Part shown: one piece after another, positions 25,745 through 40,663 of the stretch | How the letters are laid out: every line of letters begins with the position of its first letter | Numbering within the stretch: the stretch's first letter is position 1 | Origin: Botryllus schlosseri | Taxonomy: Eukaryota | Length of the DNA stretch: 64,000 nucleotides | Assembly (NCBI GenBank): GCA_051294905.1 | Contig: CM119372.1 | Span: forward strand, 13,332,001 to 13,396,000 | Reading direction: 5' to 3' | Program-made: the position numbers and the translations under genes | The notes under the pieces: generated by a model | Told to the model about the DNA's origin: nothing | The model's input: the letters and a program-made list of their open reading frames with translations, nothing else | Databases searched by the model: none

Positions 25745-27914
25745 GTCGTCAGTATCTAGCAAAGAACTGGAAAGTCGAGCATTCTATATCAAATACTACT
25801 CAACCCTCAAGATTACTGGACCACAACTTGACATATCGACCTACCCTACATATCGCCTACCGACACATGGCGGCTCTTTCTTGCTCTTTCCATCGGGTCT
25901 TTTTTGTCGCCGTTAAAACAGCGACGCGGAGGAAGAGGAGCTCAGATAAACCTCCTACGCGGACCGGGCCGCCCAGGTAGAATATAGGTGGTAAAATTTT
26001 TAATTACATTTTAATAAATACCAGACGACAGAAAACAGCAAGCAGCAAGTCTGTCTCTAGGAGAATTAAACATATATGTATATGGAAAATATATCGAAGT
26101 TTTCGGTCAGCATATGGGCCGTCCTTTTCGGCCAAGGTTTTCTCGCTGCCCACCGTTCGGGAACACTTCTCGGAGTCCTATATGTTACATGGCCTAAAAC
26201 TTAATATGTCTTGATGCGTTTTGGCGCGGTAATGGCAGACGCCGAAATGCTCATTTTTCTACATCATGCGTACTTTTTGTTGGGCGAAAAGTACCAAATA
26301 ACCGTAAAATATGGCAACGTTAAATCGCGCGCAGCGCGAAAACTTAATGAAAAAGTATCGTAATAAATTCCTCAGAAAATACTCTAAGAAATGTCAATTC
26401 ACGAAGTAATTTTGGCCCCCCTTAGAGATCGCCGCATGATGACGCCCTTATTGGGGGGGGGGGTGCGGCAGTTACGGTTCTGCGTACACCAGCCCACTTC
26501 TAGGCTTTTATAAGAAAACCGCTTACACGGAAGAGATGACGAGGAGGAGCCAAATAGATAAACATCCAACACGTATAGGTAGGAATTACAGCGAATGATC
26601 AGCGTCCAGGCTTTCACATTGATTGAATAAGCTTAAGCGTGACAAATTTAGCCCTTTATCGGTAATTGTTTTCTGGGGACGGACCGACCATAATCGACTG
26701 ACACGCGGGACTGATGCAATTTCGCACCAATGTCAGTTAGGCCTACTACGGAGAAATGGCTTTTGGTCCGAAGGTCCCTGAGCCATGTCCCCGTCCCCTA
26801 CTGTGATGCGCTTTGAATATGCGACTATCGTGCCCGTCCATCTCACACACTAACTATAAGGCAGGCCTGGGCAACGTGCGGCCCGCGGAGCCATTCTGTG
26901 CGGCTCGCGAAAGGTTGTTTGGAATTCAAAACGTAAAATCTACTTTTGAATGTTGTTGTGTGAACTATAAAACTTTAAGCTGTATAAACAGAACAGGAAA
27001 TTGGTTTACTTTGAAGTCTGTTCATTAATATGCCACGATTACGCTGTCTACGTAGGCCTACCTGGCATATGCGTAATCCACATTCAAAATAAAGTCAATG
27101 TAGCAAAGTAGGAGGACTGAGGAGCATGCGGCCCCGTGCAAGCCTTCTTACGGCTCTCATTGACTTTACGTCTACCTGTACTGGTGACGTAGACTTATAT
27201 AGATATTTTTCTGTGACGAATTAGTGCCCAATGCCCATGTAATGTTACTAGCATCGAGATAACTGTTACTAGCCAAGCATAAGTAGCAGTAAGTTCAATA
27301 CTACTCCTCGTATATTCCCAGGCAATGTCAGTCCACAGTAAGTGGAAAACAGGTGAATTTACCAGAATCCATCCATATAGCAGGATGTAAATCAGGTAAG
27401 CGGCACCTTCAGGTATGATATTTCACTTTGAGTGAAATGCATAATTACACAGATGCTTATGGTCGTACATCCCTGCAGCAGGCGAGTATTATAATGGGTT
27501 TAGTTTTCATACCAGCATGTTATTTGTTGAGGTGGGGAATGAAAACAGAATCCACTACAGAGCTTTGAAATACCGTATCTCCATCAGCATTTGTGTGCTG
27601 ATAGATCGGCACACGTTGCAAGGGTGCCAAAACATAATTCGAGAGCCTACCTGAAAAAGATGTTTACCTGATTTACACCCTACGCCGGGGTGAAAATCGG
27701 CGACGTACACTATTTTCTTTCTCACCCGGTAGTTATTTTACGCATTTGCAGTTTGTTTAAGATAATTTCACTCGCCAAGTCGTGTCTATCAATCCTAAAA
27801 TCACCGATATAGAGTATAAGTACAATGTGCATGTACTGTACACACTACAGATGCTTTAAAGTGGTCGTTATAAGTACTTGAGCATTTTCATGCATCTCCA
27901 TACGTAGCCTATAC

Positions 27915-29154
27915 CAGTGGTTCTCAACCTTTTTCACCTCGCGGACCGGTAAAACTTTAAAAAATGTCTGGCGGACCGGTGCACTCTGAAAATTGAAATG
28001 AAGCCAAAATGTAAAGTATGCAACCGTTTTTTGCAATTATATGGTGCTGGAGAGTGACATTTGAAGGGTTTTGATCGTAATTAATTATCTTTATGACAGC
28101 AACCATGCGATTTTATGGTAGTCAGTCCGCTGACGCGAAGGAAAATTGCCTTATCCAGATAAACGTGCAGTTTACAGTTTACACTCTTTCGCGCCGAAAG
28201 CCGTGGGTTTAAACGACCACGCCAACTCGAACCAAGTAGAACCAAGCACCTTGCCGTGCTACCTTGCTCATTGCCCACTTCCATCAGACGCATACGCTAC
28301 TCTGGCAACTATACGAATACAATGTGTGCCTCAGGAAAACACCTTGCAGCAACTATACCGGCCATCCGGAAATCCGGACCGCAAAAGCACTTCGTTAGCC
28401 CATGCACCCCCAGAAAACGTTGGTCTTGGTCCCCCACAGGAAGATAAGCCAAACTTCCGGGGGATTCACCCACACACCCTACAGTTCGGTGGATGTCTTC
28501 ACCTGTACTTGTGAGCATATTCATTCTACTCGATGTAAGCAGAGAGTTTATGTAGCTTAATCGCGGCAATACCGAATATTATCGATCATTCATGACTGAA
28601 TCGGTTTTCTCGCTGCCGAATTTTTGGCACACACTTCGGAGTTCCGTGTTAGCCTATACTTCATTAGGGGTTGGTACGTCGTGTCGCGGTAATGGATGAC
28701 GCCGAAATGCCGAAAGAAATTGAAAATGTTGGAAAAAGTTTCAGAAAAATACGCCATGATTTAGGTTCATTTGCAAGATAATATTCGGCACTTTTTAAGC
28801 TCGAACCCTCTTCAATTGGGCGGTTTCGGGTGCCCCAGTTACGGTCCAACACAGAATGAATGAATCGAAAACGAATGATCGCTCAAACTGCGCTGTTTAG
28901 CGATGAGTCAGTTAGTACCTGTCCTGTACTTGTCGCTCGTCAAATAACACGTCTTGAACTTTAAGTCAAATCGAACATGTTTCAAGCCCTAATGATACCT
29001 CACGAACTTCTGAATTATTTTAAAATTTGATGTTTTATTTATTCTATCATTGGACAAGCCTTCAACATTACATCTTGAAATTGAAGTAGAAAATTGCAAT
29101 ATACCTCGCGGACCGGCAGGAATGTCATCGCGGACCGGCGGTTGAGAACCACTG
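27915..29154. mobile_element. hAT-type non-autonomous element
   Basis: CAGTGGTTCTCAACC...GTTGAGAACCACTG, TSD GCCTATAC, GCGGACCGG subterminal motifs. Confidence 0.88.
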
Positions 29155-29220
29155 GCCTATACTCTGAAGTACGAAATGCGGCTCTGACATCAATAAATAC
29201 TGGGAACCATTGATTTAGAG

Positions 29221-30545
29221 CAGTGGTTCTCAACCGCCGGTCCGCGACGACATTTTTGCCGGTCCGCGAGGTAAATTAGGATTTTATACCTAAATTTCAA
29301 GATGCAATGTGTTAAAGGCTTTACCACTCATCAAATTGTAAACTCATTCAGCACTGCGTGAGGTGACATAGGCATCGAAACATGTTCGATTTGACTTTAA
29401 GTTCGAGATCGCTGGTGACGTCATATACGAGCGTACTCGTTAAACCGCTTATAGTTTGCACGATCATTCGTTTTCGATTCATTCATTTTGTGGATGACCA
29501 GGTATCGATGCTGCCTGCTGTTTTACTCTCGGCATAGCAATTTTACCTGACTCAGCAGACACACTACCGTAAAATCACATGAATACCATCATGAACATAT
29601 TTAATTACGAAAAAACCCTCGAAATGTCACTCTCTAGTACAGGGGTGGCCAACCTGCGGCCGTAGCAGAAAATTTGTGAGGCCGTCGACACGTATTTCAA
29701 TGAGAACGTGTTGGCGGCCGTCGACAAGAAAATTGAATTTACGAATTGACTCCCGATTAAACCCGCGATTCAATGCGATTTCATTTTTCGATTTTAATAT
29801 CATAGCGCCCTTTGCAATCTGAGCCCCATAGTACAGATGTGAACATTAGAGGAAAATGGTGCGTCCTGACAACTTGGAATCGTGTGCTCCTGACGAAAGA
29901 AATTTGTTTCTGTCGCGTTTGGGCTATTTCAATATCTTTTCACTTTGACCGACAATCCTGATGGGAGGTCTATAGTAATAACAGCAAAAAAGTGACTGTA
30001 ATAGCAATTGGCCTACGAGAAGATGCATCATCATTTATAATTGGCCCTACATTTTTGAAAACACTCTCTCCATCAACTCTACTGTTGAATCTGATTACAT
30101 GGGCTGAAAACGGATAAATATTTCATAGTAATATCTATGACTGCTAATATTGGACGAAATGCATTCGTGAATCTGAAAAAAATTTAGCGCGACCACAGCC
30201 GTGTAGTAGGCTACGTATAGTAAGCCGATATGAAAAACTAGATTAATCCGGAGTTCAACGGAAATGGACATGAACACTGCATGATGGGCAGTTAACATGA
30301 GTATTTGGCGTCCAGTTATCTCACTACAGATATGCCCAGGCATGCGGCCGTAGGCTACATAAGTAATGTAAATGCGGCCGCGAATAGCAAAAAGGTTGTC
30401 CACCCCTGCTCTAGTACAATACTTGCAAATAACGGTTGCATACCTTACATTGCGGGTTTATTTCAATTGTGGAAGGTCCGCCGGTCCGCCAAATATTTTT
30501 TGAAATTTTACCGGTCCGCGAGGTCAAAAAGGTTGAGAACCACTG
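29221..30545. mobile_element. Inverted copy of the same family, with a nested hAT (29640-30408, TSD CTCTAGTA)
   Basis: TSD ATTTAGAG. Internal sequence is the reverse complement of parts of 27915-29154. Confidence 0.88.
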
Positions 30546-31323
30546 ATTTAGAGCACTGATTATTATTGTATACTGGAGTTAGGGGTAAACCCATCATTTT
30601 AGTTTGTGCCGAGCAGGTCGCCGAGATTAAGGATTTTAATTAAAGTTTGTCTTACGACAAAAACATGAAGACAGACACTCAGTCAAGAGAGGGCGAATTT
30701 CAGAAGAACTGCAAGCTTCGGTAAACATCGATCAAGGCTATTTCACCAAGCTGCACACTGCTCTGAAGGCAGCAACCATAGACAATAAGTTTTATACAAT
30801 TCCAAATAAATTTTAGTGCATGAGGTTCTCAAACTACTAGGAGGCGTGAAAGCATCTGAAGGGGGCGCGAAGCCGCAGTGAAATAAAAAAAATTGCGCTC
30901 CGCACGATTCACCCCCCTAGATCGTGGTTATTGCCCTGCGTATTGTCCTACTTTGATATTCAAGAATTCTCTCAGCAACAGCCATAAACTTTTCATTATG
31001 TCAGACTGTCTATTGAGATTGCTAGCATTCTGATTTCTCTCTTTAATAACATTTTGTGATATCACGATAAGTGGGGGGAGTGTCTAAAATAGTTTGAGAA
31101 TCAGCAGAAGAGCGTGCTGGATAGAGGTTTAAAGAGAAACGTATCATGATTATCATTGTTTTGAATGCAGTCCTAGATGCATGGTTGGCAAATGCGGGAA
31201 ACTCCGATGCCAACATATATGTTTCTTATAATTTCTTAACATTGCTGTTCCCTTATTTCATTCTGTTTAGTTTGGTCAAACCAAAATTTTGCATCGAAAT
31301 TGTCAATGACATGAAAAATATTT

Positions 31324-34300
31324 TCATTTCATTTTCCTCTTTAGAAGCGTGTAAGCAGATAAGTTCTGTCTATTACATTTTGGTTCCATTGGAGATTTGG
31401 CTGCCTGCTCTTTTGAAGAAATCCAGATGTTCAATGCGATATTGGGAAACCCCGACGACCGGACCTGAAAATAACAATTTATTTTATTTCACTGAATTGA
31501 AATGTGAAAGTTAACGTTATGTTCATTCTATATCTAGTCAACAGATACTATAGATATAATCTGAGGTGACCGAAAGAGTCGTTGGTGGAACTTAACTACA
31601 AATAGAAGTAAATATCATAAAATTCTACTCAATTACAAGTAGATGTAGTGATTTTCAAGATACGTTAAAACTATATGATGATGAAGAAGAAGATAAGTTT
31701 TAGAATTGCTCTAGTGGTTTGATGTAGTTTGATGATGTGAATTGATCGCTGACCTAAGTTTGATAATAATATATCATATAACCAGTCACAGCTTTCAAAA
31801 TGACAGTCGCATATTTGCTGTTACCGAAGAGTGATGCATGCCGCCACAAATAGTAGCAGTTCTCGTAATATTATTTTGTTGTTCTATCGCCAGGTATTAT
31901 GACAATATCGCCCATAAACGTGAGGTAAATCTATCTATATACACTATAGGGATTGCCAAACCTTTCCTAGATTAATTCCACAGACTTAATTCTTCCAGAC
32001 TATAAACGAAGTGTAGTTTCGTCACATAAACTGTCGAATGTAGCATTCACGTTTTATACTTTGGTAGCCTACCTTGTATCATCGTTATGCTAGCCTCTAC
32101 CTCAACCAACGCAACATATAGAGTTAAAAAGACAGAGACACGCCAACTACGTATATAGGAAGCACTTGCGCTTGTGTGGTACTGGTATCTCCTACATCAC
32201 TTCCATCTGGGGTTGTTGCTTTTGTTGTTTGACATTCATGGTGTTTCGACTACTATGGTCATTTTACAGCAGGTCAATATTCTTTATTATGATTCCGTAT
32301 TTACCGACTTGTATCACGGCCCACTTCTAGACTTTTTAAGACACCGCTTACGCGGATCACGGGGCGAGGGGGAGCCTAGATAAACCTCCGACACTTAGAC
32401 AGGTATCCTGGGGTCGATATCGGACGGACTCGAACTCGCAACACATGGATGTCGCACCTGTGGAACGTACCACTACGTTATCTCGCCACTTTACATCAGG
32501 GGTCGGCAACTCAAATCGGGTCGCGGCCCACCGTTCAAATTTCGTAGAAGCTGCTGGCCACAAAAATGCTATATCGAGACAAAATATGCCATACAGTTGA
32601 GCAACGGCGTTGTTAATCTTTACGTCAGCACAACGCTGTGCTCTCTATCATGGGCGATGGCGATGGACATACTTAGTTAGTTTAGGGTTACCATATTTCT
32701 GTAACCCGAATTCCGGACACTGTTTAGCGCCCACTAGTGGATTTCAAAATGAGTTATGACGTCACATTAGCAAAGCTTTCCTCATAGACGGGTCACGATC
32801 CGATTCAGGAGTTGTATATGGATGTGTGTTGTGTAACCGGGACCGAAAGCACATGTTTTCAGCTCCTTCCCGCCCGAATGAACAACGATTTTGAGCCCAC
32901 ACTGTAGTATAGGGTAATCGATGCAACTACAGGGGGGAGGGGGTGCTTGATATATGAATCTGGTTTCTATACGCATCTGGTCGTTAACTTATTTGAATGA
33001 ATTCTGTGAATAATATTGGTTGTTCCATATATTACTATATAGATACTACTCTCCGTCCACATGATCAGAGTTAGCGGTAGAGCTAGTGGAGGATGATGAG
33101 TTCGAAAATACAGGGAGCGTAATTGCACGTCGTTGCAAGTCATGTTCATATCCTACCGATAAAATTGTTTATCAGTCTTATGACGGTGCGCACCACGTAG
33201 CTTTATCAACACCCCACATCCAGTAGATTCCAACCTTTTATGGTCACGACTCCACCTCCCATTTGAAAATGGGCCGTGGCCCAGATCAAAATTTGACGAG
33301 CTGGTTACTAAAAGAAGTTAGACTTATTCCGGTAAATGAAGGCTGTTTTTATTTATATTTTATTGCAGTTTTGCGAAGAAATATATCATGCATTAGCATA
33401 AATATTCTCAAAAAATATTGTTTTTAGGATGATTAACGAAAATAAATTTTGAGCCTACGTCAAGTCTTCAAAATTCCGGACATTTGGCATATTTTAGAAA
33501 TTCCTCCCGGACGCTGAAATTCCGGACATGTCCGGGAAATTCCGGACGTATGGCAACCCTAAGTTAGTTACCAAAAAAGAAGTAATGATATATTAAATAC
33601 GTATAAGTACAGCAAGAAATGTCATGATCATCAACTTCATTTTCTTTTGAATCAGGAGCTGCGCACGATACCTGGCAACGCTTTACACCAGTGGTTCTCA
33701 ACCTTTTTCACATCGGGTAAAATTTCAAAGTGCAACCGTTTGGCAGGCATGTGGTGCTAGAGAGTGACATTTAGAGGGATTTGGTCGTAATAATTTTGTT
33801 CATGATGGTATCTATGGGAGTTTACGGTGATGAGTCCATGCTGAGTCTAGGTGAAATTGCCTTGCCCAGATAAACGTGCTACCGACGAGAGTCGTTTTTA
33901 AGTATTTCGCGCCGTCGGTGTAATCGACCACGCCTACTCGAATAATATTCTTTTCTTCGATAATATCAAGAGGAGAAGCATTTCGGAGTCAAACCAAGCA
34001 CCATGTCGTGCTACCTTTCTCATTGCCCACTAACACCAGACGTAGGCTAATCTGGCTACTACGAATACAACGCGCTGCACGAAACACCTGACAACAGCTA
34101 TACCGGTTTTCTCGCTGCCAAACTATTTTGGCACTCCTTTAGAAGTCCCACGTTAGCCTAAACGTCAATATGTGTTAGTGCGTCATAGGGCGCTAATGAC
34201 TGACGACGAAATGCCTATTTTGTGAATCATGTGTATTTCTTGGAGAAGGGCACCCGATAAGCAATACATTTAGTGAAACTATATAAATCGCGCCAAGCGC

Positions 34301-37300
34301 GCAAAAAATTTGAAAAATATGTTGGATAAAGTCTAAAAAATACTCTATAATTTATGCTCATTTGCAAAATATTTTTGGCCTCCTTCAAGCTCGGCCCGTC
34401 TACAATTGGGGGGTTAGGGTGCCGCAGTTACGGTCCTGCACAAAATGAGTGAATCGAAATCGAATGATCGCGCAAACGGCGCGGTTTAGCGAGTCAGCTC
34501 GTAGGCCTACTTGTCGCTCGCATGTCGTCAAATGACACGTCTAAACTTCAAGTCAAATCGAACATGTTTCCATAATAGGGCCTACCTAATGTCACTTCAC
34601 GCAGTTCTGAATCAGTTTAAAATTTGATGTTTATTTATTTGATCAATGGATAAGCCTTCAATATATTGCATCTTTAAATTAAGGTGCAAAATTGTAGTAT
34701 GCCTGTGCTTTACACAGCGGTTCTCAAACTTTTTAGCCACGCCCCCTTTATGATGGTGAAAAACGTCGCGCCCTCTATCGTCATATCACAAAATGCAACC
34801 CGAATGCTAGCAATCCCAAGAGATAGCTTGATGGCATGGGCGGTTTATGACTGTTTATGAGAAAATTTTAAAATTCTCCATGACCGCAGCTTCGCGCCCC
34901 CTTCAGATGCCTTCACGCCCCCCAGTTTGAGAACCACTGCTTTACATCAACTAAGGAATCGATATAGGGACTAGCGATACACGTTACTATAGCTTAAAGA
35001 CTATCTCCTCCTCAAGCTTGATCTTGTGGGGACGCCCTAAGGGCTTTTCTAAGCGTCTCGGTCTTGGCAGTATCTGGACCATTGCACGTCAAGGCAATAT
35101 ACCCATGCCCATTCATATCAGCCGTTTCAGCTATTGAGGAATAGTGACGTTGGGCACAGCCCAATAGCTTATTTTAAAACAATAGCAACAACAACAATAT
35201 TTTAGAACCGAAATCAATTGCGTTACTTAGCGTCATTCCGAAATCTCAAATCAGATCGCGCGCGCAAAATATGACCTCGCGGAACGCGTGTCGGTGACCT
35301 TTGACTTACATAATGAGGCCAGTCTCTTGGTACGTAAAGAATGTCTCCAGGATGTAGTTCCAATTCGAAAAAGACGACCTCTGACACCCGTGGGAATTTT
35401 TGCAGATCAACGCGATCGGGAACGACTGGAGACATGGTAGGTGTTTCGGTATCGTTGCCTATGTACAGCTTGAATGAAAAGTAAATATTTTATCATTATT
35501 TTATAGTACTTGAATTCAAACCCAGAACACAAACCGATTCAGCGAATGTGCTATTTGCTATGAGCCATCGTTTTCGTCCAGCTATGAAATGGAACAAATT
35601 GTCTGACGCGTCATTGTGCAGAACGTAACTTACGTTTCCAGAGTTAACCATCAAGTTGATATATTGAACCTGTCAAGAGCATTTGAATAGGGTATATATG
35701 TGATATAAAACTTATTCAACATACAGTCTGGTACGTGTATCCCCCCCCCCCACCGAACGTGGGTGTCTGATTGAAAGACTAACTCCATTTTGTTTTGACT
35801 CCTTCCTATCTTTTCATTTTATCGCAATCTTATAGTGTTTTGAAATGATGAAATTATTGATAAACAGAACGAACTTAAAGCTCAGGAAAAGACTATACTT
35901 AAAGTAATTATTCCAATCGAAACTGCGGCTGGCAGGCTATATGACCTACAAGGATATACGTCACTGTTATTACCTCATAAAGACTTGTCTCTGCTACCAC
36001 AAGAGTAATGATGTGAGTGGTTATAAAATTTTTATCGAAAACTTGCGACAATGTTGCTAAATACGATGAGAATAATGTGCAGATTCAGAAATTTATTTAA
36101 GAGCCATACATTATCATCAAAAGAGTCATATATGGCTCGCGATCCGTATGTTCCCGGCCGTTGCTATATAGTAATATCTTCCATTCGCAACGGGTCAGGC
36201 ACATTGGCGTAGCCAGAGGGGGACGTAAAGCGTCATGGGCCCCCCGCAAAGCCATATATAGTTTTGGTCAGCATGCCGCACTTTGTGAAGTGCGGTCCCA
36301 GTAGTCTAGGGCGATAAAACCTACGCATGTTGTCGCGGAAGAAATGCGATCCGTACATGAAAATATTTTCCCCCATGAAAAAGTGCGAATGTGGAATCGT
36401 ACGAGTCCGACCACAGGAGTTTTTCTTAGTTTGCTCTTGTAAATGTGAGCGATTCCAGCGTCTTCAGAGTGATAGAGTCCATAGAGACAATCTTTACCAG
36501 GGGTCATGAAATAACAACATGCGTCAGGAGTAATTAATAAAGATGGACCCGTCCGAGCTAACCTATACGAGAACCTCATGAATAGTCTGAAACGTGTGAC
36601 ACGAACACTGCTTAGTGATCATATGTATCAGTCAACTCAATAGTAGGCCTATCGAAGAAAACCATTCATTTACTTGAAAAAAATTGCGCTTAGCGCGACT
36701 AGGATTGAAATACAAACTGATTTTCCATAACATGAATATTAACGATTTTGGCTCGAACATCAGTTAGATTGGAACGCAGCTTTTTTGTCAATATTCATGG
36801 TCGAAAAAGGAACCAATAAAGAATAACCACAGTCACTATACTTTTACGTAGTATAAGAACGGATAGTGATTGCGGGTACAGTGCCCACGGGTCACGTTGG
36901 CCGGAAACTGTCTGCGGGCCATATGTTGCTTGGCCCTGTCGTAGAAGACAGGACGGGTCTGGGGGCGATCCTCTGAGGGAGTTCCCCTGAACTCATCAAT
37001 CCACCCCCATTATTTTCTGACTACGCCTATCGCGGATTTTGACATCATCACCTTATTGCACAGGGTATATTCGCCCCGCGCATGACATGTTGGTATTCGG
37101 GAATGGGTGTTGAAAAGTGCGAACACACTTACCTGCTCCAGTAAGCCTTCACAACTGAGGAATATACCCAGCGGGATGTCGGAGAGAATTTTTTGATCTG
37201 GGCGAATTACATCGTCCCAGTAAAGCTGTTCGCGGCGTACACGATCCAAGAAATCGCTAAATTATATAGCAATGTTTATATCAGGGTGGGCAAACTTTTT

Positions 37301-40300
37301 AGTTCGGGGGTTGTATTCAAAATAGGAATTCATTCGCGGGCCGCACTATAGTAAAATCTGCATTGGAAGCCGGAACGCAATATTTTCTTTAATTATATTT
37401 TATAACCGAAGGCATGGAGATACGTACGGTAGCATTTAAAAGAAACGGCATTTTAAAACACGTTGTTTAAAACATGTTTTAAACAAAGGCATTTAAAAAA
37501 ACATTTTTTTTTCAAGTTGTAAAATTATGCCACAGTTGTGTAAATACTTTCCCAAAAAACATGTTGTATTAGCCTACGGACAATTACCACCCGATTTAGC
37601 TGACGTATATCGATATGGGATGGTTGGAACCATCAAAATAGCCGGTTCAACAGTTATGGATATTTCGTCAAAGGAGCTATATTTACCCTATATTTTCAAT
37701 TGTCAATCTGTTATGACGTCACAGTTGGAATATTCAAGACGTCATGGCTTAGAAAAACAAACAAAAACCAGGGAAAAACATGTTTTAAATATGTTTGTTT
37801 TTAATTGATTTTTGTTCTAAATGCAACCCGTAGAGATACGTGTATAACTATACCTGAAAGAAACCAGACATTGTTTTGATGAAAACGCACACGCGTCAGA
37901 AACATATGAACGAGTTTTTATGAGCTGGTCCTCCTCAATAACCAATTTGTTCAAATTAGGAATGAAAGTATATGTTGTGTCAAGTCTTAGAACATGATGG
38001 AAATATGAATCTTGAACAGCGATTGCGGCTTTTGGTGTAGCTTCAAAACACACTTGGCTGACAGCGTCATAAACACGTTACCCTAAATGCGATTCAGCAA
38101 ATGGCTTACTGTGTTAAACATTAAACTTGCCTTCTTCGCGATCTTTTGTGAAGACGACAGCAACATAATTTACTATTGTCTCAAACATTTTATTAATCCT
38201 GTTGAAATATTTTGCACCTTTACCCCCATCATTCATAAAAGGGGCTGGCAACTTCTCCAGCAGTTGGCGGGCCGGATAGAGGAAAATTAGGTATTGGCTG
38301 GCCGGATTGCTGAATCGATACAATATCCGCCCATTTATCCACATATACAAGGAATAACTCGTATTTAATGAATTTATTTCTACGACAGCATAATGTCACA
38401 TCAAAGCCATTTCTCGACGATAATGCCGAATAAAATGTGCATTTGAGAACAGCATTGTCGTACAAGCGCCGCCATGTCTGCTTCTCTCTGATCAATTAAA
38501 AAACGGTGCAATCCTTGATTAAGATTTCAAGGCGTTCGATACGCTCGGTACCCCAGATGTGCCAATAAGATATCAATTCATTAGGGTTGAGTACATCGTA
38601 AATGCCGATAATCCAAGTCTTCTCGCTAGTCGCTTCGACGAACTTACGCGTAAGCTTAGCGTTGCCATATTTTGGAATCGGGAAAGGGAGGACCGCGGGC
38701 CGTATGTAGCCCGTCCCTGACTTATAACTTACCAGTATCACGGCGAAACCTATCCAGAAAAAGTTTAATCAAGACGTTGCTTTAATTCGAATATTACTAC
38801 TATATATTACTTTTAATATCTTTATAACGCTTCTCGAGGCTTCCGCGGGCCGTAGTTTGCCCACCAATGGTATATAGCAATGTAGATAAGCTCCTAGTGT
38901 TATTGAAGCCATAAAGCGCGTAAGCGTAGGCGATAGGTAGAAATTTTTACGTATATCAATTACATCATAATCACTATTAAATCACCCGAGAATTATAATA
39001 TAATTGCTTGACACATTGTACGTCAGTGCAATGAAACATGTCTCTAAACTAAAGTCATACCCAAGTTCCATATTTGTACTCAACTGCTGAGATCGAGCAA
39101 TATCTCCCCTTGAAAATTATTAGTATCATTGATTCATTCGTTATGTACAACAGGACGGAAGGAAGAGCGTCAATTTTCGTCTGCGCCATCGATCGCGGTG
39201 CAGGTGCGTATATTAGTGCGGGGCATGGGAAGTCCATAAACTAGATATCCGACTGATTTTTTTTTCATTTTTGGCCGGAGCCGCATCGGATCAGTACCGG
39301 ATTCCAACTACGGAGTACTGGGAGTGATGTGGAGGATTCAGCCAGATCTGGAGTATTGGCCTGATTTTTTTTGTATACTTGACCGGAGTCGGATTCATGC
39401 TTTACTCTGATGCAGCCGGAATAGGTTCGGAGCCGATTTCCATTTTGCATAAACAGGATCGGAGTCGGACTTGGGAATTTGTCGATACGGCAATGCGAAG
39501 GAACGGCAATGTTATGGAGCCGGCACTCTCATTTCCTTCAGGGGCAATCCGTGGGAACCAGTTTTACAAGCAAGCCTCCGATCTGGCCCAATGATATATA
39601 TACCTTTGGTCTGGCCCGACCGGAGTACGAAACCACGACTTACTGATCGAGAAGTTAGTCAACCGGCCATTACGCTATATTGTCGAATGTAATGTCGCTG
39701 TAACGGTTTGGGGCAGAGTATAGTTATAATAAAATTTGAGGTATATCCTGAACAAACCTATAGTTCATCACACTCCGAGGAGGTGCTTCGATGCCACCTT
39801 TCTCCCAAGTTGTTCTTCTGTCCACTAACCCTGCTACTGACCCGAAATTCGCCTTCATGTAAGTATCGTTCACCCAGTTTAACATAGCCTATAAAACAAA
39901 AACGATATAGCTATAATGGCTCGATGTATAGCAATAATAGATAATATGTCACAAGTGGTCTCGTGTATAGATCTTCCAAAATATGTAGGCTACCATTTGG
40001 TCAAAAGGCAATCTCATTTCGCTACATTTATCAAAGAGAAGAGAAAATGTTTTCAATACGCAGTGACATAATAGTGATAGCGGTCGCAATAGCGCACGCA
40101 CAGCGTTCAATTCGATATAGTTTTGGATTTTGAGACCATGCACAATTGCGCATTGTCCACTTTGTATACGCTCGGACCTTGTGCAGTTTTACTATTCCAT
40201 GACATCACTTACTACGAAAACATTTCATAGTTGAAAATGCTATAATCTCTGAGCAATTAAAACGACACTAAATCGCACCGCTAGAAAATAGACAGGACAT

Positions 40301-40663
40301 GAATTCGGAAATGCTACAATAGAGATTATAGAAAAACGATGTATGGAGCGGTGAACCAGAGAGGTTGCGAAAAACGTTGATACATACACACGAATTAAAT
40401 CATGCCAATTACGAAAATATAACTTTCCAATTTACCGAGCTGTGTTTCATAGCACCCCTAAACACGACCGGTTTTCCAGGCTTCCAGTAATCGCGATAGA
40501 ACACTCGGGACGGTATTGTATAGGAATATTCATCTATTCCGCCTCGGATGATATAGTTTTGGTTCCCAATAGGCTTCAGATGTCCACGAGGAAACTGTCG
40601 TAGTCCTTGCTCGCCTGCTAGGACCAGAGCAGCTAACAGCGACAAAGTCCACGCCACGTTCAT
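31324..40663 (-). CDS. JmjC/cupin-like (Cupin_8) 2-oxoglutarate oxygenase with N-terminal signal peptide, 6 exons, 305 aa
   Basis: Exons 40663-40436, 39888-39758, 37256-37133, 35669-35535, 35468-35310 and 31464-31324 splice in frame. Motifs: MNVAWTLSLLAALVLAG (signal), GHLKPIG, FYRDYWKPGKPVVFRG, LHNDASDN (HxD), GRKRW, LHPGDILYVPRDWPHYVRS, NIALNIW. Confidence 0.88.
32290..32488 (-). mobile_element. tRNA-derived SINE
   Basis: The reverse strand reads TGGCGAGATAACGTAGTGGTA (A-box-like) ... GAGTTCGAGTCC (B-box), then the family core GAGGTTTATCTAGGCTCC. Confidence 0.65.
32683..33561. mobile_element. hAT-type element (family of 23998-25132), nested in another hAT starting at about 32497
   Basis: TAGGGTTACCATA...TATGGCAACCCTA, TSD AGTTAGTT. 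Confidence 0.85.
34715..34939. mobile_element. hAT MITE (family of 23402-23725)
   Basis: CAGCGGTTCTCAAAC...GTTTGAGAACCACTG flanked by CTTTACA on both sides. Confidence 0.75.
37282..38869. mobile_element. Non-autonomous hAT element in an intron of the JmjC gene
   Basis: CAGGGTGGGCAAACTTTT...GCGGGCCGTAGTTTGCCCACCAATG, degenerate TSD GTTTATAT/GTATATAG. Confidence 0.75.

Noticed and set aside
31146..31514. 122-aa plus-strand hydrophobic ORF
   Set aside because: It is antisense to the last JmjC exon and 3' UTR, AT-rich and has no recognisable motif.
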